Assembly (NCBI GenBank): GCA_002305435.1
Contig: DBQZ01000129.1
Span: 1 to 24,145, forward strand
Origin: Clostridiales bacterium UBA1381
GTDB taxonomy: Bacteria; Bacillota; Clostridia; UBA1381
Length of the DNA: 24,145 nucleotides
Reading direction: 5' to 3'
Numbering within the stretch: position 1 is the stretch's first letter; each line of letters starts with the position of its first letter. Position numbers and translations under genes: made by a program. Shown in pieces: positions 9,479-18,293 of the stretch. The notes beneath the pieces are model-generated. The model saw only the letters and a list, made by a program, of their open reading frames with translations. It did not search any database and was not told the origin of the DNA.

Positions 9479-11182
9479 ATGCAGTTAGTTGTGAGTGAGA
9501 AACCGTCGGTCGGGAGCAGTATTGCAAAGGTGCTCGGTGCGCATACCCGTAAGGATGGGTACATAGAGGGCAACGGGTATATAATATCATGGTGTATCGG
9601 TCATTTGGTCGCTCCCGCACCGCCGGAGGAGTATGATGACAGGTACAGACGATGGGATATTCTTGATTTGCCCATAGTGCCTGATGTATGGAAGTATCAA
9701 GTCCTTAAAGGTACTGCAAAGCAGTTTAATATGCTCAAACGGCTGATGAACCGCAGAGACGTGACAGAGATAATATGCGCTACAGACGCAGGACGCGAGG
9801 GTGAACACATTTTCAGATTGGTGTACAATGAAGCAGGCTGCAAAAAGCCGTTCAAGCGGCTGTGGATCTCATCGCTTGAGGAGCAGTCTATACGTGACGG
9901 CTTTAACAGTCTGCACGATGGTCATGAGTTTGATAACCTGTATTACGCCGCTCTTGCAAGGAGCAAAGCGGATTGGCTCATAGGTATAAACGCAACACGG
10001 CTGTACAGTCTGAAAAACGATCAAACCTTAAATATCGGCAGAGTGCAGACACCTGTTTTGAATATGCTCGTTAGACGTGAGCAGGATATACGTGAGTTTG
10101 TACCGAAGCTGTATTACACAGTAGAATTGGACTTAGGAGCCTTTACAGGGACAACAGATAAGATAGTTGAAAAGACGGATGCCGAAAGTATTATGCTCTC
10201 ATGTAATAACAGAACAGCCGTTGTCACCGATATTGTAACCGAAACAAAATCAACAGCACCGCCCAAGCTGTATGACCTTACGACATTGCAGCGTGAAGCC
10301 AATAAAAGCTATGGATATACGGCACAGTTCACACTCGATACGGCACAGAAGCTGTATGAAAAGAAGCTCATCACCTATCCGAGGACGGACAGCCGATATA
10401 TTACGTCTGATGTTCATGATACAATACCGGGGCTTTTGAATATCATAAGCAGTAAACTCAGTCTGCCGATAGATTTCATTCCCGATACGGAGCGTATCAC
10501 TGATAACAACAAGGTATCAGACCACCATGCTCTGCTGCCTACAAAAGCTCTTGAAAGCACAGACCTCTCTAAGCTTACGGCGAACGAGAGAGATGTGCTT
10601 TTTCTCATTTTAAGGCAGCTTTTATGCTCTGCTGCTGAACCGTACAAATATGATACCGTTAAGGTCACTTTGGAATGTGAGGGCATTGCCTTTCACGCAA
10701 GCGGCAAGACCGTGATCGATATGGGTTGGAGAAAGTATCTTTCCGGCAAAGCAGACGAGACAGACTCATTACTGCCGACATTGAATATCGGTGATACTTT
10801 TAACAATTCGGAAGCACAGCTCAAAGAATATAAGACTTCGCCGCCAAAGCATTACACAGAAGATACACTGCTGTCAGCTATGGAAAATGCGGTCAAGACA
10901 GATAATTCCGTGCGGCAGGGCTTAGGCACTCCCGCAACAAGAGCCGGCATTATAGAGAACCTCGTAACACGAGGTTTTGTAGAGCGTAAGGGCAAGAGCC
11001 TTATCCCCTCTGATAAGGGGAATAAGCTCATTTCATTGGTGCCTGATACTTTGAAATCAGCTGATATGACGGCACAATGGGAAGCCGAATTGTCCGATAT
11101 AGCTAACGGCAGAAAACAGGAACGTGAATTTGTGCAGGAGATACAGGAATATATAACTGACCTCGTAAATAAGGAGCGGTGA
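9479..11182 (+). CDS. topB: ICE-encoded type IA DNA topoisomerase III
   Basis: LVVSEKPS (TOPRIM), CATDAGREGE, GRVQTP, catalytic ITYPRTDS, GLGTPATRAGII. Confidence 0.93.
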   Translation: MQLVVSEKPSVGSSIAKVLGAHTRKDGYIEGNGYIISWCIGHLVAPAPPEEYDDRYRRWDILDLPIVPDVWKYQVLKGTAKQFNMLKRLMNRRDVTEIICATDAGREGEHIFRLVYNEAGCKKPFKRLWISSLEEQSIRDGFNSLHDGHEFDNLYYAALARSKADWLIGINATRLYSLKNDQTLNIGRVQTPVLNMLVRREQDIREFVPKLYYTVELDLGAFTGTTDKIVEKTDAESIMLSCNNRTAVVTDIVTETKSTAPPKLYDLTTLQREANKSYGYTAQFTLDTAQKLYEKKLITYPRTDSRYITSDVHDTIPGLLNIISSKLSLPIDFIPDTERITDNNKVSDHHALLPTKALESTDLSKLTANERDVLFLILRQLLCSAAEPYKYDTVKVTLECEGIAFHASGKTVIDMGWRKYLSGKADETDSLLPTLNIGDTFNNSEAQLKEYKTSPPKHYTEDTLLSAMENAVKTDNSVRQGLGTPATRAGIIENLVTRGFVERKGKSLIPSDKGNKLISLVPDTLKSADMTAQWEAELSDIANGRKQEREFVQEIQEYITDLVNKER

Positions 11183-11186
11183 TACA

Positions 11187-13481
11187 ATGGCGGATATCGA
11201 AAATAACTCCAATCGCAGCAAAGCATCGGATAAGCTCAAAGAGACCACAGAGATGCTCGAAAAAGGTATAAAGGAGCTTTTTAACTCCGATATGTATAAA
11301 TCGTATCTTAAAACAATGTCTAAGTTTACTAATTATAGCGTCAATAACACATTGCTCATAGCGATGCAGAAGCCGGACGCTACACTGGTAGCGGGATATA
11401 ACGCATGGCAGACTAAATTCGGCAGACACGTAAACAGAGGTGCAAAGGCAATAAAGATACTGGCTCCTGCGGTATACAAGAAAAAGGAGCTTGTGGAAAA
11501 GCTCGATCCTGCAACTCAAAAGCCCGTTACAGACCTTTACGGAAACACTGTAATGGAAGAAGTTGAAGTAAAGCTTCCGTATTTCAAAACCGCTTACGTA
11601 TTTGATGTATCACAGACAAGTGGCAAAGAGCTGCCAAAACTGGGTGTCGATGAGCTTACAGGAAGTGTGGATGGCTATAATAAATTTTTTGAGGCATTAA
11701 AAGCCGTTTCAACCATGCCGATAGACTTCATTAACATCGAAAGTGGGGCGAAGGGCTATTGCAATCACAGCACAAAACGCATCGCAATTCAAGAGGGTAT
11801 GTCGCAGGTGCAGAATGTGAAAACTGCTATACACGAGATCTCCCATGCAAAACTCCATGATATAGACCTTAATGCCAAAGACGTAGACTCTTCAAAGCTG
11901 AAAGACAAGCAGACTAAAGAAGTCGAAGCCGAAAGCATCGCGTTCACTGTATGTCAGCATTACGGCATAGATACCTCGGAATACAGCTTTCCATATATAG
12001 CGACATGGAGTGAGAATAAAGAACTTCCGGAGCTGAACGCTTCCTTGCAGCTTATACGCGACACTGCCGCTGAATTTATTTCTCAGATAGATGAGCAATT
12101 GCAGCTGCAAGAGAAACAGAGAAATGAGCCGGAGCATACGGAAGAAGAACATGACGAGCCTGCGCCTATTGTTCCCGTCTACCTTGAGTCTGCAAAATAT
12201 GCACACGACCATAACGAGAGCGCACTGTGGAAGCAGAGCTTTGCACTAAACTGTAAATGTGCAGACTATATAAGGGATAACGCCGAACAGGCGCATAACG
12301 AGCATAAGCTCGGCAGCTTTTTTAATGACCTTATTGATACATTCGGTGTTGAAAGAACGATGTATGTCTCGGCAAGAACCATTCAAGCTCGGCAAAAGGA
12401 CAGGCGATTCACAAGAGCTGTACGAGACAGAGCCGAACAATTCCAATTTCCTGATAAAGAGCTGCAATACGACAACTCAAGCCGATACATATGTGAGGTT
12501 CATTCCACAATAATGAACCGTATCTTTGAAAAGGCTATGCAGCTTGAAGCAACGATTACCGAGCTGCCGTGCGACATATCCATTGAGGATATGCACAAGT
12601 ACGGCTACAGCTACGAAAATATGTTGCCGCTTGACTATACGACAGCAAAGGAGCTGTTTGAGAATGATTTCCCTGTGTATGCACTCCATCCCGATAATTC
12701 CGAAAGTCTTATAAGCTCGCTTGATGAGCTTGAGGAATTTGACGGTATGTTTGGGATAGAAAAACAGGACTGGACGGAAGCATCGGTACAGCGCACATCA
12801 GTAGAAAATGATATGAACAAGGAAGCAGAGTTCATATTCGGAAATATGAATGGTTTCGCCATATATCAGCTGGGTGACGGTGATGAGCTTAGAAATATCC
12901 GCTTTGAAAGCCTGAAAGGCATCGGTGGAGTCGAGAATGTCGATAAAAGCAATTACGATATGATATATTCCGATACAGTGGATATTGACGGACTTGACAA
13001 TGAAGATGTCACCTATGATATTTTGAACCAAATATATGAGCAGTTCAATATCGACCATCCGGGCGACTTCACAGGACACTCGCTGTCTGTAAGTGATGTT
13101 ATAGTCCTCAAATGCAACGATGAGCTGGCTGCGTTTTATATCGACAGCTTCGGCTTTGAGCCGATACCCGACTTTTACGGCAGCGATGAACAAAATATAG
13201 AATGGGATAAGAGCCAAAAGAGCTTTTCCGATAAAAAGCAGACCCTTGACAATGAGGACTATGAGCTGTTGTATGAGGTATATGCCGACAAACAACGACC
13301 GCAGCAGGTTGACATGGAGGATATGGTCATAAGCGGCAATGCTACAAGGAGCAGAAAGCAGACCGATAAACAGCCAAAGGCTAAAAAACAGTCAGTATAC
13401 AAACGTCTTGAGGAAAACAAAGCACGTGCAAACGCAGCTTCAAAGAAGCAGCCTAATAAAAAACAGGAACGGGAGGTATAG
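11187..13481 (+). CDS. Polyvalent anti-restriction-type protein: ArdC-like ssDNA-binding domain, MPTase (HEISH), DUF3849-like and YodL domains
   Basis: NYSVNNTLLIAMQKPDATLVAGYNAWQ...RHVNRGAKAIKI (ArdC-N); HEISHA...KEVEAES (zincin); FGVERTMYV; FNIDHPGDFTGHSLSVSDVIVL...YIDSFGF (YodL); basic C-terminus. Confidence 0.85.
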   Translation: MADIENNSNRSKASDKLKETTEMLEKGIKELFNSDMYKSYLKTMSKFTNYSVNNTLLIAMQKPDATLVAGYNAWQTKFGRHVNRGAKAIKILAPAVYKKKELVEKLDPATQKPVTDLYGNTVMEEVEVKLPYFKTAYVFDVSQTSGKELPKLGVDELTGSVDGYNKFFEALKAVSTMPIDFINIESGAKGYCNHSTKRIAIQEGMSQVQNVKTAIHEISHAKLHDIDLNAKDVDSSKLKDKQTKEVEAESIAFTVCQHYGIDTSEYSFPYIATWSENKELPELNASLQLIRDTAAEFISQIDEQLQLQEKQRNEPEHTEEEHDEPAPIVPVYLESAKYAHDHNESALWKQSFALNCKCADYIRDNAEQAHNEHKLGSFFNDLIDTFGVERTMYVSARTIQARQKDRRFTRAVRDRAEQFQFPDKELQYDNSSRYICEVHSTIMNRIFEKAMQLEATITELPCDISIEDMHKYGYSYENMLPLDYTTAKELFENDFPVYALHPDNSESLISSLDELEEFDGMFGIEKQDWTEASVQRTSVENDMNKEAEFIFGNMNGFAIYQLGDGDELRNIRFESLKGIGGVENVDKSNYDMIYSDTVDIDGLDNEDVTYDILNQIYEQFNIDHPGDFTGHSLSVSDVIVLKCNDELAAFYIDSFGFEPIPDFYGSDEQNIEWDKSQKSFSDKKQTLDNEDYELLYEVYADKQRPQQVDMEDMVISGNATRSRKQTDKQPKAKKQSVYKRLEENKARANAASKKQPNKKQEREV

Positions 13482-13483
13482 AG

Positions 13484-13678
13484 TTGAAGTTTTCATTTGA
13501 GGAAGAAATGCTTATAAAGGCATACCAATGCAGCGACCGGACGCAGCTCATTTCAGAAATGCAGAAGTCCCTTGAATGGCTCGAGGATGAAGCCGTATGG
13601 GAGCTTGCCGGGAATGTCATTGCAAAGCTGCGGCTTATGAGTGATGAGGAATTTCTATCAACTATTAGGCATTTGTAA
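13484..13678 (+). CDS. Transposon-transfer assisting (TTRAP) family protein
   Basis: MKFSFEEEMLI..Y...RTQLI...KLRLMSDEEF pattern; RBS GGGAGGT; usual position after the polyvalent protein. Confidence 0.8.
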   Translation: MKFSFEEEMLIKAYQCSDRTQLISEMQKSLEWLEDEAVWELAGNVIAKLRLMSDEEFLSTIRHL

Positions 13679-13703
13679 ACAATTAAATATTTTTCGATTT
13701 CTA

Positions 13704-13731
13704 TTGACTTTTTAATCAAAAAGCATATAAT
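13704..13731 (+). promoter_or_regulatory. Near-consensus sigma-A promoter driving the repeat array
   Basis: TTGACT (13704-13709), 16 bp spacer, TATAAT (13726-13731); the array starts 8 bp downstream. Confidence 0.8.
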
Positions 13732-13738
13732 ATAAGTA

Positions 13739-13854
13739 GAAAAAGAGGTGTTTCCCTACCATATAAGCGGGACTTGAAAAAGCGGCGTTTCTCCGCCATA
13801 TAAGCGAGACTTAAAAAAGCGGTGTTTCTCTACCAAAAGTGAGACTTGAAAAAG
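13739..13854 (+). ncRNA. ToxI-like type III antitoxin RNA array (3 pseudoknot repeats plus a terminal GAAAAAG); no adjacent toxin gene
   Basis: Units at 13739-13775, 13776-13812 (37 nt) and 13813-13847 (35 nt). Stem 1 is GGUG/UACC, GGCG/CGCC, GGUG/UACC; stem 2 is UCCC/GGGA, UCUC/GAGA, UCUC/GAGA. A-rich linkers separate the units, and a promoter and terminator flank them. Confidence 0.82.
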
Positions 13855-13855
13855 A

Positions 13856-13911
13856 TAGGGGCGAGAAATCGTCCCTACAGACTAAAACGTCCGCAAGGGC
13901 GTTTTTATTTT
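13856..13911 (+). terminator. Tandem hairpins closing the array: a GAAA-tetraloop stem and an intrinsic terminator
   Basis: TAGGGGCGA-GAAA-TCGTCCCTA (13856-13877), then AAAACGTCC-GCAA-GGGCGTTTT (13884-13905) followed by TATTTT. Confidence 0.8.
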
Positions 13912-13938
13912 GCCCAAATATCAAAGAAGGGAGAACAT

Positions 13939-16900
13939 ATGCCTATACGAACAAAACAAAGCAAAATTGAATATATAACCGAGCTGTCGCAGAGCACAGC
14001 TCATAACCTATCCCGCAATGCCGAGCATTGGCGGGATTTTTTAATTACAGCCGCTGCTCTGTACAAATATGAATTTCCCGACCAACTCCTTATCCATGCG
14101 CAGCGTCCCGACGCCACGGCATGTGCAGAGCTGGATATATGGAACAAGCGCATGAACCGCTATGTAAACAGGGGCGCTAAAGGTATCGCTCTAATAGACG
14201 ACAGCGGTAATGCTACCCGGCTGCGGTATGTCTTTGACATATCCGACACGCGCCCGTCAAGGTACGGCACAAGCCGAACCCCGTACAGATGGGAGGTAAC
14301 AGAAGAAAATACGGGGCATATTTTATCTATGCTGCATAATCGGTACGGCGTGAGTAATAAATATTTCACTGACGCTGTAAAAAGGTCTGCTCAAAAGCTC
14401 GTCAATGATAATCTTGACGAGTATGTACATGAGATCATGCAATCAAAAGCAGACAGCTTTATGGAGGAAATGGACAGAGTCAATATCCGAAAAAACTTTC
14501 GAGAGCTCGCTGTGAACAGCGTGGAATACTGCGTATTGACACGCTTCGGATATAAAGCAAATGACTTTATCCCATTAGATGATTTTTCGGCAGTATGCGA
14601 TTTTAACACCATTGATACTATGGCTGTTTTAGGTACGGCTGTAAGCTCATTATCGGAGGAGATCCTAAGAGATACGGAACGGTCGATACGTGAATTTGAA
14701 CTGCAAAAACGCAAAGAAAGGACATACCAGAATGGATTACAAGGAACAGAACGGATATTTAATCCCACAAATGGGAATAGAGCCGGAAGAACAGGTGATA
14801 CTGGGCAAATACGCTCTGCTTCGGAGGGAGTATCTGAAGAACCACAGGAAAACACTGTACAATCAGCTCCTGCTGTCGGGGCAGCTGCATCAGCATCTCA
14901 CAGAGATCGAGCAGACAGCGGAGAAGCGAAAGGACGAGATAATGAACCGTCTGACGGAGCTGCTGCCACCGCCGCCGAGGGCGAAACAGATGGAGTGGGT
15001 ACGCCACATGAACAGTCTGGAGCAGACAGCGGAAGAAACGATTATGTCAGAGCTGATCTACTGCAATTAGATTATCATGACCGCAGCACAGAGAGAAACG
15101 ATATACCGTCCTTTTCTCGAAATGAGGACATTTATGAGCTGCTGCGTTCAACACCGTATCTATCGGCTTCAAAAGAGGACATAATAGGTTTTTTTGAGGC
15201 TCATGATGACGAAAACGAACGCACTGAATATATAAAAGGTATATTCAATAACGACTATACGGAATTGCTGCTCGGCGATAATAAAGACCACCGTGTCGGA
15301 TACAAGCCGTACAGTAACGTGCTTCATATATGGGAGGGCAGTTACACAAATCGTACTGCCGAAACATATTTTAATTGGTCAGTTATTGCCGGATATTTTT
15401 CGGCAATGATACTGCTTGATGAATTCCTTGATAAACAGCCGCAGCGCGGACAGATCTCATTATTCGATGAGCCAACGGAGGAGCGATCCTCCGTTTTTTC
15501 TTTTAATCAGAAAATCATCGATGCTGTCCTATGCACCGGAAGCGGCTTTGAAAACGGTAAGCTGCGTATATACAAGCAGTTTTCGGAAAGCACCGATATA
15601 TCGGAGAATATAAAATTTCTTCGTAACGAGTATAGCACCGGCGGCAAATACCCCGCTATACCATGCACAAATATAAACGAAGAACATGACAGCAAGGGTA
15701 TAGAGCTTCGCCGCGATGATACAAAGCTCATGCTGAGCTGGAACAAAGCTGCGCAGCGTATAGCCGAGCTTGTAAGCGAGGGCAGGTATCTCACATCTTC
15801 CGAAATGGCGCAATATGAAAGGGAACAAATCCAACACAATAACGAACCGGAAATAACCGCAGATGAAGGAGAATATTCACCCATATATGCCAACTACCTT
15901 CGATTAAAGGCAGAGCATGAAGATGAGCTGCTGCTGTTTCGTTTAGGTGACTTCTACGAGCTTTTCAATGATGATGCGCTCCATGCTGCTGAGGTATTGG
16001 AGCTTGTGCTTACAAGCAGAGATAACGGAGTAGAACGAGTACCCATGTGCGGATTTCCGCAGCATAGCTTGGACATTTACATTGAAAGGCTTGTGCAGCA
16101 TGGCTTTGATGTTGCCGTTGCAGAGGTGGGTGAAGCAGGGCAAAGAAAAGTAATGCATGTTTATTCCGAAAGTGCAGAAATTGATATGCCACCCGTACCC
16201 ATGCCCGAAAACTTTCATATAACGGACGACCATCTCGGAGCAGGCGGTCTAAAAACAAAGTTCAGAAACAATATAGAAGCTATAAAGACATTGCAGCTCA
16301 TAGAGCAGGAGAACCGCTATGCAACACCGGAAGAGCAGGAAGTATTATCACGATATATCGGCTGGGGCGGTATGCCGCAGGCATTTGACAGTGAAAACAG
16401 TGATTGGAGCAAGGAATATACGGAGCTTAAAGGGCTTTTATCCGCAGACGAATATTCAGCTGCGCAGTCGTCAACGCTTTCGTCTTTCTATACTTCTCCT
16501 ACTGTCATAAAAGGCATATACAATGCTCTTTCTAATATGGGCTTTACCACCGGAAACATATTAGAGCCGTCATGCGGCGTCGGTAACTTCTTCGGACTGC
16601 TGCCGGAGGAAATGTCAGGCTCAAAATTGTATGGTGTGGAACTTGACAGCATTTCCGGACGAATTACAAAGCAGCTTTACCCTCATGCAGATATACAGAA
16701 TGTCGGATACGAAAATTCGGAGCTTCCCGATAACTTCTTTGATGTGGTCATAGGAAATATCCCGTTCGGAAGCTATAAGGTATCAGACCAAAGATACAAC
16801 AATCTTAACTACAATATCCATGATTACTTTGTGGCAAAATCCCTTGATAAAGTCCGTGCCGGCGGTGTTATAGCTGTTGTCACATCAAGCGGTACAATGG

Positions 16901-18293
16901 ATAAGCAGAACTCGTCCGTAAGACGGTACATTGCCCAAAGAGCAGAGCTGCTCGGAGCGATACGCCTGCCCAACAATGCTTTCAAGGAAAACTCCAATAC
17001 GGAGGTCACCGCCGATATACTGTTTCTCCAAAAGCGTGACAGAATGATAGAGATAGAACCGGAGTGGATATTCACCGGAACGGATGAAAATGGCTTTACA
17101 CTAAACCAATACTTCATTGATAATCCCAATATAGTGCTTGGTACTATCACCGAGGGCAACAAGCTCTATGGTCGGGGCATTACTTGCGCACCGATAGAGG
17201 GAGCCGATCTTTCGGAGCATCTCGCCGAGGCTGTGAAAAATATAGACGGCAGTATTCCTGAGATAACGCTTGATGATATTTCGGATGGAATGTCAGAGCA
17301 AACGACAATTCCCGCCGATCCGACCGTAAAAAACTATAGCTATACCATTGTAGACGATGATATATATTATCGCGTGAACTCTATCATGGAGAAGATGGAG
17401 CTGCCCAAAGCTACATCAGAACGAATAAAGGGCATGATAGAGATACGCGAATGTGTTCGTACCCTTATGGAGCTACAGCTCGATGAAAATACCGATGAAG
17501 AAATACAGCATCAGCAGTCGGAGCTGAATATGCTTTATGACAGCTTTACGGAGAAATACGGACTCATAAGCAGCTCAGGCAATAAGAGGGCATTTAGGCG
17601 CGACAGCTCGTATTACCTCTTATCCTCACTTGAAGTGCTTGATGAGAACGGTGAGCTTGAGCGCAAGGCTGACATGTTTACAAAGCGCACCATAAAACAG
17701 CATAAGCAGATAACATCAGTTAATTCTTCGATAGAAGCTCTTGCGGTATCTATCGGCGAACGGGCGTGTGTCGATATACCATTTATCGAGCAGCTCACAG
17801 GCTTTACGGAGGAAAAGATAATATCCGACCTGCGCGTGCTTATCTTTCAAAATCCAATGCGTATCGATGATAACGGCAACTACGTTTGGGAGACAGCGGA
17901 CGAATACCTTTCCGGCAATGTCCGTGAAAAGCTTCGTTTCGCAGAAGCAAGAGCCGAAAAGGAGCCGGAGTTCGCTGTGAATGTAGACGCACTGTCAAAG
18001 GTAATACCAAAGGATTTGGAAGCCGGAGAGATAGACGTTCGGCTGGGCGTCACGTGGATCGACTTGGAGTATCTAAATCAATTCATGCATGAGCTGTTTG
18101 AAACAGCATGGTATAAACGGGATAGTATAGAGATAATGTATTCCCCATATACGACCGAATGGCGGATAAGCAATAAACGCTCAGACTTCAATAATGTAAA
18201 AGCCACAGTTACATACGGTACAAAACGCATAAACGGCTACGAGATACTTGAAGCCGCTCTTAATATGCGTGATGTGAAAATATATGACACAAA
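13939..18293 (+). pseudogene. Giant ICE DNA methyltransferase/SNF2-helicase (DarB-like) gene, 3'-truncated before the helicase motifs
   Basis: ATG at 13939 with RBS GAAGGGAG; ArdC-like N-terminus (LLIHAQRPDATACAELDIWN); MutS_I domain at ~15871-16125; MTase motifs ILEPSCGVGNFFG and GNIPF; WETADEYLSGNVREKL. Family-like sequence ends at DVKIYDT; the ORF then reads through antisense recombinase DNA to a stop at 18480. Confidence 0.85.
14732..15070 (+). CDS. tnpV: TnpV-family protein nested in another frame inside the giant methyltransferase gene
   Basis: MDYKEQNGYLIP...LGKYALLRREYLKNHRKTLYNQLLLSGQLHQHLTEIEQTAE...QMEWVRHMNSLEQTAEETIMSELIY matches the TnpV pattern; it has its own RBS AGAAAGGA (14715-14722). 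Confidence 0.8.
   Translation: MDYKEQNGYLIPQMGIEPEEQVILGKYALLRREYLKNHRKTLYNQLLLSGQLHQHLTEIEQTAEKRKDEIMNRLTELLPPPPRAKQMEWVRHMNSLEQTAEETIMSELIYCN

Larger units (their letters stand above)
1..18293 (+). mobile_element. Part of a Tn1549/CTn-like Firmicutes integrative conjugative element (conjugation plus accessory/anti-defence module)
   Basis: Co-oriented prgI, virB4, CD1108-like, DUF4315, DUF4366, topB, ArdC-like, TTRAP and methyltransferase/helicase genes, the gene order typical of clostridial ICEs. The left end lies outside the window; the right end is an abrupt junction at about 18293/18294. Confidence 0.9.

Noticed and set aside
13739..13854. Repeat array read as a mini CRISPR array or replication iterons
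   Set aside because: Units are contiguous with no unique spacers, no cas or rep gene is nearby, and the variation is compensatory for RNA pairing.
13846..13938. ORF-track N-terminal extension of the giant protein
   Set aside because: It runs through the repeat end and terminator hairpins; the ATG at 13939 has a proper RBS.
14909..15035. Direct repeat GAGCAGACAGCGGA occurring twice within tnpV
   Set aside because: Explained by the repeated peptide EQTAE; no sign of a target-site duplication.
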